The notes under the pieces are model-generated. The model ran no database searches. It was not told the origin of the DNA and was given only the letters and a program-made list of their open reading frames with translations. Source: a virus (taxonomy: Duplodnaviria; Heunggongvirae; Uroviricota; Caudoviricetes). Taken from it: a DNA stretch of 41,368 bases. A program made the translations under genes and the position numbers. Where the stretch lies: IMG/VR virus record IMGVR_UViG_2660238423_000035; one strand, written 5' to 3'. Positions within the stretch are counted from its first letter, which is position 1; each line of letters starts with the position of its first letter. This document shows positions 8,555 through 19,018 of this stretch, piece after piece.

Positions 8555-9205
8555 TCATCTTCCCAGAAATAAATTGCTCAAATACCCATCAACAGTGGAG
8601 ATACCTTCTTGCGCCATCTGTGGCAGCGATTTCAGAATGGAATTATTCGGTGACACGGTTGTTTTGGTGCCTGTATTCTGCACAGCAGACGTTCCGACTC
8701 CCTCGGTCATATTGTTTTTCGGGGCAACCCTGACTGACTGCGTGGAGGTAATAATTACTTCCCTGAGGGTAAGCGTCGCCAGAAGCACATTTTCACTACT
8801 CTTATCGGTCGTGACCTCCAGCGTTTTTATCAACATATTGTTGTAAATACGCTTGCCGGTTGTCACATCGAAAGGAATACGATTCCGCTGCAGGTTAAGC
8901 AGTTCCTGATACAGTTCTTTCGGGCTCAGCACCAGTAAACTGGTAGCCGTCAGGTTACTGGCAAAATCAAGCAGCGATCCGCCTCCGGAAAAACCGGTTT
9001 CCATCACAACCTCAGAAGGGCGCCTGAATGCGTGTTCTGATATATAACCAGCGCCCTCACCACTGGCACCAGCATTCGTGGGCTGTTCAACAGGATGTTC
9101 CGTAATTTCCAGGGCGTCAGTGTGCTTTTCGGTAATAACCACATCAGGAATAATGATTCCTATTGAGCGGGTTCGCTGCTGCAGTAAAACAGATAAAAAG
9201 TCCAT
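8555..9205 (-). CDS. Tail protein (hypothetical, downstream of tape measure)
   Basis: 216-aa ORF, start overlaps tape-measure stop. Confidence 0.45.
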   Translation of the reverse strand: MDFLSVLLQQRTRSIGIIIPDVVITEKHTDALEITEHPVEQPTNAGASGEGAGYISEHAFRRPSEVVMETGFSGGGSLLDFASNLTATSLLVLSPKELYQELLNLQRNRIPFDVTTGKRIYNNMLIKTLEVTTDKSSENVLLATLTLREVIITSTQSVRVAPKNNMTEGVGTSAVQNTGTKTTVSPNNSILKSLPQMAQEGISTVDGYLSNLFLGR

Positions 9206-11232
9206 TACGCAGGTCCTTTCAATTGCTGTACCGCCCTGGCATTTACAGCCCCCTGCTTGTCAGCGATCAGATTAGCCGCCTCCTGAGGGTTGTTAACTCC
9301 ATGAACATTTATAACAGTCTGCTGGTTAAGGCTGCCAGCGGCGACCTTATACGCCAGCGGGCTGTTCCAGTTTGAATAACCTTCTTTGCGCGCCATCGAC
9401 TGCATCAATGCTCCCATAGTCCGGGGATCTGTAAGATTCAATATTGCATTCGGTGATACTCCCATCCATTTCGCAACATCCTGTGCATACTTTTTCGGAT
9501 CGTTGTTATCACCTGCCGGGGCCCAGGTACTGACAATATCCTGAATAGTCTGTAATGCCCGTCCGGTTGTTTTCCCGGTAAAGTAACGCATGAGCTGGTT
9601 TTTCATCGCCTCCCAGCCCTCAAGCGCTGATTCGAAAAAACGGAACCCTTTACCGCTCACCGGGCGAATGTTCCCGGGGTTATTGTTGCGATCAGCAAGA
9701 GTGCCGCCGCCGGGGATGTCGGGCTGGACATTGGAGCCATGCACTACACCGTTACTCTGTCCCTGCCGGATAACTTTACCGGGTCCCCCGTGCAACCAGT
9801 CCATCCACGCAGGCCATTCACGGACCTCACTGACATCCCTGCGTCCGATATCTGTTTTTATACCAATAGCAGCCAGCGTGTCGCCGATAATTCGCTTCGT
9901 ATACCTCAGTGAAGATTTTGCGCTATCAGCAATATTTTCTCTGTCACTAACAATATAGCCCGCGTAAAGCGCCCACAATTTAAGCCAGGGTGGGACCGGT
10001 AAACCTGATATTTTTCCGAAAGCCCCCAGAACCTTGGATACCCAGACACCCGCGATGAATGTACCGATGATTTCCAGTGCATTTTGCCAGCCGCCAACAC
10101 CATCTTTTAGTTCCAGAAAGTGATCACGAAGCCAGGTGATCGCATCCTTCGCTTTATCTATTGCCGGTTGCCATTTTTCCCAGTCGATAAGACTGTTACC
10201 GCCTTCTTTCCATGTTTTGTAGTCTTCCCACAAGAGACCGAGAGCCACGATCAGACCGGTAATCAGCCCTATAGGTGACATCCAGAAAGTAGAGTTAAGT
10301 ATCCGCATGGCGACAACCAGACCGCCGATAACCTCTATCAGGTTTTTCGTTTCGGCATCCAGTTTCCCCCACCACTCGATGATATCTCCGACACCATCGA
10401 CTATCCGAAATGCAACCCGCCCGACTATCTCACCCAGCCAGAGGATCCCCTTTATGACCTTTGTGATGGTGACTTCAATTTTGGGAAAATTTTCAATTAT
10501 CTTTTTGCGCAGGTTATCAATCTGCCCCGCCAGTCCGTCCGCAAGATTCGATCCGATTTTGTCCCGCGCCATCCCGGCCATTTCACCGAGCGATTTCAGC
10601 GAGGTCATAAACCGGTTTGACGATAAGGCAGCCTGATCGGCATTAAATCCGATCGCTTTCACCATTTCTGAATACTGAGCGCTGAACTGCCCCACTCCGC
10701 GACGCATAGCCATCAGGGTATTTTCGTCAATGCCCAGCATCTGCGCATACTGGTTAGCCCGGTAATACGGCATGCTGCTGAGTTTCTGTCCAACGCCCGT
10801 AAAGATAGCGGCCATGTCACGCATGTTACCGCTGGCATCACGGGTCTGTACGCCCAGGCGATTCAGAAAGCCTTCTGCTCCGGGATTGTTACGAATAAAC
10901 CGGGAGAGGTTTTCCAGAGAAGATCGCGCAGCGTCCACGCTGCCGCCAACCTGCGAAACCGCATAGCCAATAGACTGAATTCCCTGGACTGTCGCGCCGG
11001 TGCGCTGTGACGCCCAGTAAAGATTATCCAGACCAGAGGCGATCTTAGCCGTGAAAGCCACCACGGACAGCGCAGCTCCTTCGACGGCCAGCCCCATTTT
11101 GATGACATTTGCAGTTGTACCGGCGAGGACAGAACCGAACTTTTTCGCTCCTGCATCATCCACACTGAAGCCAAGCGAGACGAGGAAATCTTTAATAGTC
11201 TCGGCGTTCATTATCCTCTCTCCATTTCTCAA
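9205..11232 (-). CDS. Tail tape measure protein
   Basis: 675 aa, helical N-terminal region with hydrophobic central segments, location after tail chaperone; C-terminal region with possible peptidoglycan-hydrolase-like segment. Confidence 0.8.
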   Translation of the reverse strand: MRNGERIMNAETIKDFLVSLGFSVDDAGAKKFGSVLAGTTANVIKMGLAVEGAALSVVAFTAKIASGLDNLYWASQRTGATVQGIQSIGYAVSQVGGSVDAARSSLENLSRFIRNNPGAEGFLNRLGVQTRDASGNMRDMAAIFTGVGQKLSSMPYYRANQYAQMLGIDENTLMAMRRGVGQFSAQYSEMVKAIGFNADQAALSSNRFMTSLKSLGEMAGMARDKIGSNLADGLAGQIDNLRKKIIENFPKIEVTITKVIKGILWLGEIVGRVAFRIVDGVGDIIEWWGKLDAETKNLIEVIGGLVVAMRILNSTFWMSPIGLITGLIVALGLLWEDYKTWKEGGNSLIDWEKWQPAIDKAKDAITWLRDHFLELKDGVGGWQNALEIIGTFIAGVWVSKVLGAFGKISGLPVPPWLKLWALYAGYIVSDRENIADSAKSSLRYTKRIIGDTLAAIGIKTDIGRRDVSEVREWPAWMDWLHGGPGKVIRQGQSNGVVHGSNVQPDIPGGGTLADRNNNPGNIRPVSGKGFRFFESALEGWEAMKNQLMRYFTGKTTGRALQTIQDIVSTWAPAGDNNDPKKYAQDVAKWMGVSPNAILNLTDPRTMGALMQSMARKEGYSNWNSPLAYKVAAGSLNQQTVINVHGVNNPQEAANLIADKQGAVNARAVQQLKGPA

Positions 11233-11389
11233 TGCGCCGCTGGTTATCCGCTTTTACCGCCAGATGGTCATTCAAGAGAGCAATGTCGTACAAATCGACA
11301 GAGCCATCTTTAAGTGATGTATAAGGAATTAACCCGGCGTCAACCGGATTGAGAAGGTAGGACAGCCCGTCCGGCAGGCTGTTAAACAT
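11192..11389 (-). CDS. Small tail-operon ORF (possible chaperone extension or coupled small protein)
   Basis: 65-aa ORF beginning at the stop of the chaperone gene and overlapping the tape-measure start. Confidence 0.3.
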   Translation of the reverse strand: MFNSLPDGLSYLLNPVDAGLIPYTSLKDGSVDLYDIALLNDHLAVKADNQRRIEKWREDNERRDY

Positions 11390-11841
11390 CAGCCCTGTTG
11401 CAGGCTCTGCGTCGTGCTGGTAAGGGGTGTAGGCAAAAAATTTCCCAGCGAATCGGCGACCACCCGCGCCACCAGCTGCAGCATGACCAGCAAGTCAATA
11501 TCATCAAACATCAGTTCGCCCTGGGTAAATACCGGCACCCATCCGTCCATATGACGCCGCGATACCACCGCAAGACAGGGATGAATAATCGCATCGGTGT
11601 CATCTTCGGTCAGGGAAGACAGTTCCTCAGCGATACGCGGGAGCATGGTTTCAAACACCGGTTTTAACTGTTCGAATTTCACGGTGTCAATTTTGCCATC
11701 AGCAGGCAAACGGGAGCGAATGCTCCCGAAATCTGACATCATTCCCGCCAGTACCGGCAGAAGTTTGCGGGTCACTTTCAGCTGGTCAAAAACGTTGAGT
11801 TTTGCCGCGCGATATTTCACGCCTTTGATTTCGAATTCCAT
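11389..11841 (-). CDS. Tail assembly chaperone (putative)
   Basis: 150-aa ORF between tube and tape measure genes. Confidence 0.5.
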   Translation of the reverse strand: MEFEIKGVKYRAAKLNVFDQLKVTRKLLPVLAGMMSDFGSIRSRLPADGKIDTVKFEQLKPVFETMLPRIAEELSSLTEDDTDAIIHPCLAVVSRRHMDGWVPVFTQGELMFDDIDLLVMLQLVARVVADSLGNFLPTPLTSTTQSLQQG

Positions 11842-11844
11842 GTA

Positions 11845-12285
11845 TTAAAACTCCCCGAGAACCTGGTCAATCTTGCCGCAGTCAAACACCCACGGCATCG
11901 TATTACCGGTTTTAGCGTTGGCGTTATCCGGTTGTTTCTGGAACGCAACACTGCGTGCCGTGATGATGTCGCCGCTGACCTTGTTGCGGATCACGATAAC
12001 GTTATTCCCCCATGTGGCAGAAGACTGGCTCTGTGCGTTATACGCCAGCGACAATTTTTTATTTGTCGGTGATGTCTTCAGAAGGTTAACGGTAATCGTC
12101 CCGCTTTTATCTGCATGGAGACTGTGCATCACTTCGCCATCAGCACCGATGGTCATGGTGTTTTTAGGACCGCCCATCGCAACCACAATCCCCTCTTCAG
12201 AACTTGCAGAACTGTACCCGAGGTCAATCGAACCGGTCGGCCCGGTCAGCGTCGCAGTGACATCCATAAAAGAATAGGTAGACAT
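11845..12285 (-). CDS. Tail tube protein (putative)
   Basis: 146 aa, immediately downstream of sheath-like gene. Confidence 0.55.
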   Translation of the reverse strand: MSTYSFMDVTATLTGPTGSIDLGYSSASSEEGIVVAMGGPKNTMTIGADGEVMHSLHADKSGTITVNLLKTSPTNKKLSLAYNAQSQSSATWGNNVIVIRNKVSGDIITARSVAFQKQPDNANAKTGNTMPWVFDCGKIDQVLGEF

Positions 12286-12295
12286 TCACTTCCCC

Positions 12296-13441
12296 TTAGC
12301 GAACAACGTTAATCTGTACGTCAGCGTAATGAACCGCGCCTGCAAGTTTTATTGCAGCCTGAATCACCGGAGCCTTACGGGCTTCACGTTCTGATTGTGC
12401 CTGTTCATCCAGCGGCTGGGCGTATACGTAATAACCTTTGGGCAGTGTGTCACCTGATGACAGCTGACCAAGGTCGCCCCCGTTCCATACGCCCGGAGCA
12501 ATCAGTCCATTCTGAACGGCCTGATCCAGTGATTTTTCAACATTTGATAACAGTCGGGTAATACCGGCTTCAGTCTGGGGAACTTTCGTGGTGCTGGTAT
12601 AAAGCAGGTTATAGAGGTTGGTCTGCACATAATTCTGTAACCAGTCCAGGCCGTGACGTTCATCAAAGAAATCGCCGTTAGCCATCACTCCCTGCTGGAG
12701 GATAGCCGTATCATTCTGGTAGTACACAAATACATTGCAGTTTTTTGCATCAAGTGCCGATGCCTGGCTGACTGTCAGTGTTTCATACCCGACACCCGGC
12801 TCCTGCTTAAACTTGAGCGTAATCGCGGTATTACTGCCATTGAAATTAACCGTGAATGCCCGGCCAAATGCAGATAACGCAGCGTATTTATTACCCGATG
12901 AATATTGAATAAAACTGCGTGAATATCCGGCGGTTTTCAGTTTTGATGCCAAATCATCTCTGGATGCAGTCTGCAGGCATTTCTCATCGCTTGTCGTAAT
13001 CGCCAGAATACGGCTTACAGAAGAGGATTCGATCGCCGCAGCCACTTTCAGCCAGTCTGCATCCGGAATATCTGCATCGTCTGCAATCCCCAGCCCATAC
13101 CATGAAGTATAATCGAGCATGGCATTCACAGCCTGCTCCAGCGTCTCAGGCGTGGCCTGTTCGCTGTCTCCCTTCGTTTTCACCCAACGACCAACAAAAA
13201 CCTCCTGAGGTTTCGGTGATTGTGAGAAAAACACCTGCGCAGCCTTATATTCTGGTGATTCCACGCCAAAATCTTTTCCAATATCTTCCGCGGCAGAATA
13301 ACGGCGAATGCGCTCACTTACCGGAATGATTGTGGACGGGCCGAGAATGAGTAATGCACCAAAATTTCGCCCTGATGCTGCACGCGGCGACATGATCACA
13401 TCAACATTAACAACGTTTGATACAGGCAAGCCCTGTGCCAT
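12296..13441 (-). CDS. Tail sheath protein (putative, DUF3383-like)
   Basis: 381 aa preceding tube gene in a contractile-tail gene order. Confidence 0.5.
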   Translation of the reverse strand: MAQGLPVSNVVNVDVIMSPRAASGRNFGALLILGPSTIIPVSERIRRYSAAEDIGKDFGVESPEYKAAQVFFSQSPKPQEVFVGRWVKTKGDSEQATPETLEQAVNAMLDYTSWYGLGIADDADIPDADWLKVAAAIESSSVSRILAITTSDEKCLQTASRDDLASKLKTAGYSRSFIQYSSGNKYAALSAFGRAFTVNFNGSNTAITLKFKQEPGVGYETLTVSQASALDAKNCNVFVYYQNDTAILQQGVMANGDFFDERHGLDWLQNYVQTNLYNLLYTSTTKVPQTEAGITRLLSNVEKSLDQAVQNGLIAPGVWNGGDLGQLSSGDTLPKGYYVYAQPLDEQAQSEREARKAPVIQAAIKLAGAVHYADVQINVVR

Positions 13442-13444
13442 AGC

Positions 13445-14011
13445 TTAATCTCCGAAAAAGATGACTGGTGCTTCCACCAGCGATTTAATACCGTACTCGC
13501 GCACAACCTTCCGGCGCAGACGCACCGTCATATCGTAGCGGCGGACCCATTGCTGATTAATAAGTTCAGGGAAGGGAGTCAGACCTGTGTAATCGCCAAG
13601 AGACAGCCCCAGCGCATTCAGTGCTGCATTGTTCTGCGGTACAGATATACCGTCACGAAACCGGGACGCATACACCATCCCCGCCGGACCATAAAACGAA
13701 GCCATACACTCAATCGTTTCATGCCGCCAGAGCTGAGAGCCATCATCGGTCTGTCTGGTGAATGCCGGACTGTCATCACCTGACCATCCGATAACCCCAA
13801 ACGCACACCAGTTCGTTTCAGCCGGTAGCAGTGGCGGCTGCTCTTTCTGCCAGCGCGGGCGAACCATCCCGGCAGACAGACCGGAAACGTTACGCATCCA
13901 CTGGCTTAACAGCCTGTCGAGCGCTTCGTCATAATCCGGATCGCCACTGGTTGGTATTAACCATCCGCGCTCTGTACTGGTGTTATTGCTCAACCGGAGT
14001 TCCCCCATCAA
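13445..14011 (-). CDS. Structural protein (neck/tail completion, hypothetical)
   Basis: 188-aa ORF in head-tail joining region. Confidence 0.4.
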   Translation of the reverse strand: MMGELRLSNNTSTERGWLIPTSGDPDYDEALDRLLSQWMRNVSGLSAGMVRPRWQKEQPPLLPAETNWCAFGVIGWSGDDSPAFTRQTDDGSQLWRHETIECMASFYGPAGMVYASRFRDGISVPQNNAALNALGLSLGDYTGLTPFPELINQQWVRRYDMTVRLRRKVVREYGIKSLVEAPVIFFGD

Positions 14012-14372
14012 ACGGCATCAACTCACAATGCGCCTGAACGAATCCGGCCCCATAAGCTGTATACGGGTCGACGAAGGTCACACGATAATCACGGCCCTGA
14101 TACGTCACGATATCGGCATCACGGCCAGTCTGTCCCTGCGTCAGTCGCTCAGTCGTCACAATCAGAATTGCACCGCTGATTACCTGCCCGGCCTGCATAC
14201 GACGGTTTTCCAGAGAGCGATCAACAGTTACGACTCCGGCAAACTGCTTTTTAACTTCGCTGTCTCTGCCGATCCCGTCCTCATCCACCGTTTGCACACG
14301 GCGTGTTACCCACAAATTGAAGTCGCAAAAATCGGGGTCAAAAAGCACATCTGTTACATCAAGAGTCGGCAT
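13983..14372 (-). CDS. Structural protein (head-tail joining, hypothetical)
   Basis: 129-aa ORF, operon position. Confidence 0.4.
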   Translation of the reverse strand: MPTLDVTDVLFDPDFCDFNLWVTRRVQTVDEDGIGRDSEVKKQFAGVVTVDRSLENRRMQAGQVISGAILIVTTERLTQGQTGRDADIVTYQGRDYRVTFVDPYTAYGAGFVQAHCELMPFDGGTPVEQ

Positions 14373-14913
14373 TTTTATCCCTCACAACATGGGTAATAGC
14401 TCTGCGATATTGCCCGGTATCAATTAATGGTTTCGCCAGTTCGGTTCCCGGAGATTCGCCAGCAGCACGCCGGGCAAGTTCCAGTGTTGCCCCCTTGCGC
14501 CCCCGACGAGCCCGGGCTTCAACAGTACTGTCAGCAAGCGGCGTAAAGCCGGTAATGGTCATGTAACGCCTGACGCCATTAACGGCCAGCGTTCCGGCAC
14601 GGTTGAGTGCGCGTTCTGCTCCCGCAGCATTACCATCAAGAGCAGCCTGCGCCGCGGCTTTGAGCTGCGGCACCGTCTGCTCTTCTGCCGATTTAACGCC
14701 GGGGACCAGGTGAGGTCGTGGCGGGATGTTCTGCTCTGGTGAGCCGTATTCGTTGAGGTAACCGATGCCCGCATTACCAAACGGAACATCATCCCGCTCG
14801 CTGTCTTCCGAAGGGATGCCGACCAGCACATCTTTTTTGGTTAACGACCTGAGCGCATCCAGAATGGCCTTAGCGTTATCCACCCTCGTTGTTACACCGC
14901 TTTTGAAACTCAT
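14359..14913 (-). CDS. Structural protein (head completion, hypothetical)
   Basis: 184-aa ORF, operon position. Confidence 0.4.
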   Translation of the reverse strand: MSFKSGVTTRVDNAKAILDALRSLTKKDVLVGIPSEDSERDDVPFGNAGIGYLNEYGSPEQNIPPRPHLVPGVKSAEEQTVPQLKAAAQAALDGNAAGAERALNRAGTLAVNGVRRYMTITGFTPLADSTVEARARRGRKGATLELARRAAGESPGTELAKPLIDTGQYRRAITHVVRDKNADS

Positions 14914-15317
14914 AGCTGGCGACCGCCTGCACCGAACATCGTGATCAACTGATAAAATTCAGCGCCATATCGGGTGTTATTCCAGAAACCTGCATCAGGA
15001 TTCAGCGTCGCGCTGGTGTCATAGCTGACGCTTACCTTGTCAACGGACTTTGAGGACTGAACACCATTGGTTGAACCGCCCGGACCACCAGCCAGCATCG
15101 CCCGGCTGTCTGCCGCCCAGAGCGTCATGTAGTGCGCAACGAACAATCCGGCAAAGTACGGAAACAACTTTTTGCCGGTGACGTTTTCACTCAGCAGTTC
15201 ATCGGCCAGATTCAGACGAAACTGGATTTGCGCTTCGGGATATTTGGCAGGGTCAGCAAACTGCGGGAAGTCGCGGCGAAAATCACTTACCGCTGGCAGA
15301 CTTTGATTCTTTGGCAT
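14910..15317 (-). CDS. Structural protein (hypothetical)
   Basis: 135-aa ORF, operon position. Confidence 0.4.
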   Translation of the reverse strand: MPKNQSLPAVSDFRRDFPQFADPAKYPEAQIQFRLNLADELLSENVTGKKLFPYFAGLFVAHYMTLWAADSRAMLAGGPGGSTNGVQSSKSVDKVSVSYDTSATLNPDAGFWNNTRYGAEFYQLITMFGAGGRQL

Positions 15318-15504
15318 TTTTTACCTCGTTACGTGCATCTGTGGCTTTGCCAACGGATACTTCTGCGTGCGCACGAGTGAACCAGTGCGTGGCAACGTCT
15401 TCCTCCACAGCATGACTGCCTTTAACAAACTCGCGCCGTGAACCGTCGGGAAGCGTGAGCACAAACGGGGTATGTACGTGTATTACTGCATTATTTTTTG
15501 CCAT
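15283..15504 (-). CDS. Small structural-module protein (hypothetical)
   Basis: 73-aa ORF downstream of capsid gene. Confidence 0.3.
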   Translation of the reverse strand: MAKNNAVIHVHTPFVLTLPDGSRREFVKGSHAVEEDVATHWFTRAHAEVSVGKATDARNEVKNAKESKSASGK

Positions 15505-15546
15505 CGGGTCATCCTTAATGGCCCCCGCCAGGGGGCCATGTGGCTG

Positions 15547-16488
15547 TTAAATGCCATCAACGTACGAAATGGTTTCTTTGTACACTGGCTCAACCGCACC
15601 CAGCTTGCCGTAGTAAGTGACGATCTGATACAGACCGCGATACTGCACCGGCACGCTCTGAAGCGGAACCAGCGGGTAGCGGACGTATTTTTTATCGTTG
15701 GTGTACGCAACCATGCGATCCTTTTTCCCCACACCACGGCCTTTCAGCCATTTAACCGCGCGGATATTCAGCGGAACACCGTTCTGGTGATAGCTGATGG
15801 TGTTGGTCTGAAGATACGTCAACAGGGACTGGTTACCCGCAGATGAAACGATGATGCTGGACAACAGAGCAAACTGCTCAGGCGGGATCAGCAAATCACG
15901 CGGAACCACAGAGTAACCGGAAGCGGCCCACGCATCAGACAGCACCTGGTTAATGCTTGCGCGGATTTCGTCCGGTGTTGAGGTTGCCCACGTTTTGGCA
16001 GCGTTGTTGACAGGCACACCGTCCAGGGTAACAAGACCTTTCAGGTTTAATGCGGAATCGCCAACATACACCTGTTCATCGTTATCCATCTGCCATTTCA
16101 GTTGCATCCCGTCATACTTCTGCGTATCGATCGGGCGTCCGACCTGCTGAGCAGCCTGCAATTCTATGACCGTCCAGCCAAGTTCCATCCCCCACAGGTT
16201 CAGCGGGTTACCGGATTTGCCGATATCCACGTTCACGCCAGCAATAGCGGTTGAGTCTTTGCCTACCCAGTTTTTGCCATTCGGATTTGCACCAGTACCC
16301 GCAGCGGCGAAGCTGGTATTCGTCCAGCTGGAAATGTCATCTGCGATAGAGACATCTTCACGCAACTGAATATCGCGGGTCCAGGTGTACCCCACCAGTG
16401 GCAGGTTCAGCGTCTGGTCGAGTCGCTCCAGCTCCCCGATGAGAAAGGCACCAGAGCTGTCAACGGTTGCCTGATCAAAAGTAATCAT
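15547..16488 (-). CDS. Major capsid protein (putative)
   Basis: 313 aa, position after scaffold/protease and decoration-like genes. Confidence 0.6.
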   Translation of the reverse strand: MITFDQATVDSSGAFLIGELERLDQTLNLPLVGYTWTRDIQLREDVSIADDISSWTNTSFAAAGTGANPNGKNWVGKDSTAIAGVNVDIGKSGNPLNLWGMELGWTVIELQAAQQVGRPIDTQKYDGMQLKWQMDNDEQVYVGDSALNLKGLVTLDGVPVNNAAKTWATSTPDEIRASINQVLSDAWAASGYSVVPRDLLIPPEQFALLSSIIVSSAGNQSLLTYLQTNTISYHQNGVPLNIRAVKWLKGRGVGKKDRMVAYTNDKKYVRYPLVPLQSVPVQYRGLYQIVTYYGKLGAVEPVYKETISYVDGI

Positions 16489-16499
16489 TCGTCTGTTCC

Positions 16500-17006
16500 T
16501 TAAATCTTCCAGGAAATTTCTGCATTGCCGTCAGCATCACCGGCACCTGTGAATTCAGCGTTGGTCAGCATCACATTTTTGCCACTGACTGACGTGGACA
16601 TGAATCCACCCAGCGGCACTTTGATGGATTCATCAGTGGAGACGACAACGTATACCGGGTCGCCTTTTTTGATGGTGCTGGCATCAAAATCAGAACCGAG
16701 ATTAACAGTCACGTAGCCACGCTTCATGGCGTCGCCAGGGAAGTTCTTGCCTGTTCCCACCTGGCGAACCATGTCCGGCTGCGACGTGGTCGGATAAGGG
16801 CGCACGTAGATCCCCTTCACCTTGTCTGCGGTATCACCATCTGCCAGCGGCACGAAAAAACCGTCATCATCGTATTTACCAGCCAGCCCATAGGCAGCGA
16901 AGGCGTCATCGGATTTAAGGACCACCGGTTCGACGGTTAAGTCCTGCGGGCGAGAGACAGCCCCGGCAATGCCAACAGGCATCCGGTACAGAAATACATT
17001 TTTCAT
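16500..17006 (-). CDS. Head decoration/structural protein (putative)
   Basis: 168-aa ORF between protease/scaffold and capsid genes. Confidence 0.4.
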   Translation of the reverse strand: MKNVFLYRMPVGIAGAVSRPQDLTVEPVVLKSDDAFAAYGLAGKYDDDGFFVPLADGDTADKVKGIYVRPYPTTSQPDMVRQVGTGKNFPGDAMKRGYVTVNLGSDFDASTIKKGDPVYVVVSTDESIKVPLGGFMSTSVSGKNVMLTNAEFTGAGDADGNAEISWKI

Positions 17007-17009
17007 TTT

Positions 17010-18230
17010 TTACCCTTTACGGTTTGCCCAGAATTCAGCGTTTTGTTTGTTCAGGGAAGCGATACTGGTCATGCCCATGTTTGGGCGCTGTGCATCGCCG
17101 GTGGTGGCGCGGGTGTTTCGCCCTTTGGCAATCTCAGACACGGCATTAAACGCCATGTCGACCGATTGTTTCGGCAATTTGCGGATATCCGCATCACCGA
17201 CGATCTGGCGAACCAGCTTTTTATCTGCGGAAGCCAGAACCTCGCGTTTGAACTCGGTCGGTTTCATCTTACGGCTCAGATCGATACCCGGAACGATAAC
17301 TTCGGCACGCCAGGCTGAGTCACCAGTAATCGTGGTTTCCTCTTCATCGTCCTCGCCGTCACCGGTCGGATTATCGTCAGGCTTATTATCGTTATCGCCC
17401 GTGGCATTTCCTTCCAGCTTAGCCAGCAGGGCTTTCAGTAATGTTTTGAGGTCATCATCACTGTCGCCGGTTGGACCTCCATCCATCTCTGGTGCTTTGT
17501 CCGGTAGTGGTTGCTGCGGGGACAGGTTGATATTGAGATTAACGCCCTGCGGCAAATCCCCCTCATCTCCTGTAACCGATGCGGGAGCCGACTCCACCAG
17601 TTCGTTCATGGTGTCGGCATCTCCTGTCTTGATGGCCGCACGCATGCGGTTCCACCAGTTTTTCTTTTGATTTGCCATTGTGTCTCTGTCTCCAATTGCA
17701 CAACGATTTCCGGCTCTGCCTTTAGGGACAAGAGCCACATGGTTTCCGGTAATATCGACCTGCTCAGCTTTACCTGGCTCGGTCTGCTCGTACTCCGCGT
17801 CATAGCCGCACGACACTTCGCGCAGGCCATCTTCGATAAGCTGAATGGCGTTTTCGTCTTTGACGATAAGGTCAGCCAGCATCAAATCAGACTGCTCACC
17901 CGTCCCGCGCCGGACATTCTGGAGGTGCCCGACAGCAAGCTCTTTCCAGTTCTCGGGATTTACCAGCCGCACATTCCCGTTTTCATCTTCAGGATGCAGA
18001 ATCGTGATGCTCATCCCTTCGAATGAGGCAAGCGTGGCCGGATGGAATACCTGCTCAGGAGAACGCGTGACGACTATTTCACCGAACTTATCGGGTTTCA
18101 GTTTTGGCAAGTCATCAGCACCATAGAGCTGCTTACCTGTTCGTCCTATCGGCACGTCTCTGCACAGCAACGAGCCGTCAGCCAGCTGATAGCGGGTTTC
18201 CCCCAGCCGGGTATTGAAAAAATATTTCAT
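17010..18230 (-). CDS. Prohead protease/scaffold protein (putative)
   Basis: 406 aa with acidic low-complexity C-terminal half typical of scaffolds; position after head morphogenesis gene. Confidence 0.5.
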   Translation of the reverse strand: MKYFFNTRLGETRYQLADGSLLCRDVPIGRTGKQLYGADDLPKLKPDKFGEIVVTRSPEQVFHPATLASFEGMSITILHPEDENGNVRLVNPENWKELAVGHLQNVRRGTGEQSDLMLADLIVKDENAIQLIEDGLREVSCGYDAEYEQTEPGKAEQVDITGNHVALVPKGRAGNRCAIGDRDTMANQKKNWWNRMRAAIKTGDADTMNELVESAPASVTGDEGDLPQGVNLNINLSPQQPLPDKAPEMDGGPTGDSDDDLKTLLKALLAKLEGNATGDNDNKPDDNPTGDGEDDEEETTITGDSAWRAEVIVPGIDLSRKMKPTEFKREVLASADKKLVRQIVGDADIRKLPKQSVDMAFNAVSEIAKGRNTRATTGDAQRPNMGMTSIASLNKQNAEFWANRKG

Positions 18231-18244
18231 GTGTTACCTGCGAT

Positions 18245-19018
18245 TCAGGCGGGATAAGATTGGGAGGTGGGAAAAACGATTTCTTTATAACAGCGACAAT
18301 TCGGGAGCTCGCCAGCGTGACCGGTCATGCCGTCAAGCGTTGGAGGTTTGCCCCATTCGACAAATTTACCTTCCATTTCCCGATGAGAATGCCTGACGTC
18401 ACCATCTTCGGCTGTACGCCAGATATAACCATTCGAACCAATTGACAGCGCACGCGCCTGATCCAGCGCGCCGGTTGCACGTCCAAGTTCAGTACGGGCA
18501 ATCAGGTCAGCTCTGGACTTTGCTATATCACCCGATGCGGCTATTTCTTTAGCAAAATGTTCTGCTCTCCCACCGGTCACAACAGCTTCTATCGCCCGAT
18601 TCTGGATGTCGTACACCCTGTCAGCCGCCTCGAGGGGGAGCGATTTGATGTACTTGACCTGTTCGGCGATGATGGATTGCATCACCTGGCCCACAGGAGC
18701 GCTTTCCACAAGATTGCGGAGCTCGCGACTGATGTTCTTGCTGTGTTGCCGCCAAACTTTCTCGTTCTGCCGGGTTAGGTCCGCAGTAAAGTTTTCCGCG
18801 ACCTTTGTCGCCCAGGGGGTGATGATTTCACTGTAGCGTTCCAGCGCCTCAATAATTTCCGTGATACTGTCATTTGAACCATCGTAGCGACCATTTACGA
18901 TGTCTCCGACCGCCCGCGCTATCCTGCGTAGGCTGGTTCGATAGCGGATTTCCGCCTGACGGTTCCTGCGGTTCGTCATCAGGTTCGCCGATGCCGGGCG
19001 GCGCTTCATCTTCGGCAT
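18245..19018 (-). CDS. Head morphogenesis protein (Mu F / SPP1 gp7 family)
   Basis: 257 aa; C-terminal ...GHAGELPNCRCY... signature of Mu F-like domain; start may be internal since the ORF overlaps the portal gene end by about 150 nt. Confidence 0.65.
   Translation of the reverse strand: MPKMKRRPASANLMTNRRNRQAEIRYRTSLRRIARAVGDIVNGRYDGSNDSITEIIEALERYSEIITPWATKVAENFTADLTRQNEKVWRQHSKNISRELRNLVESAPVGQVMQSIIAEQVKYIKSLPLEAADRVYDIQNRAIEAVVTGGRAEHFAKEIAASGDIAKSRADLIARTELGRATGALDQARALSIGSNGYIWRTAEDGDVRHSHREMEGKFVEWGKPPTLDGMTGHAGELPNCRCYKEIVFPTSQSYPA

Noticed and set aside
11192-11841. Programmed -1 frameshift (G/GT-type) in the tail assembly chaperone
   Set aside because: The 65-aa ORF starts with ATG exactly at the chaperone stop, which fits simple translational coupling as well as a frameshift; no slippery heptamer was identified, so no frameshift is claimed.
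18870-19018. The roughly 150-nt overlap between the portal gene end and the head-morphogenesis ORF start as a possible fusion or frameshift
   Set aside because: More likely the downstream gene uses an internal start (for example Met 14 at about 18979) or the overlap is genuine; there is no sequence evidence for recoding.
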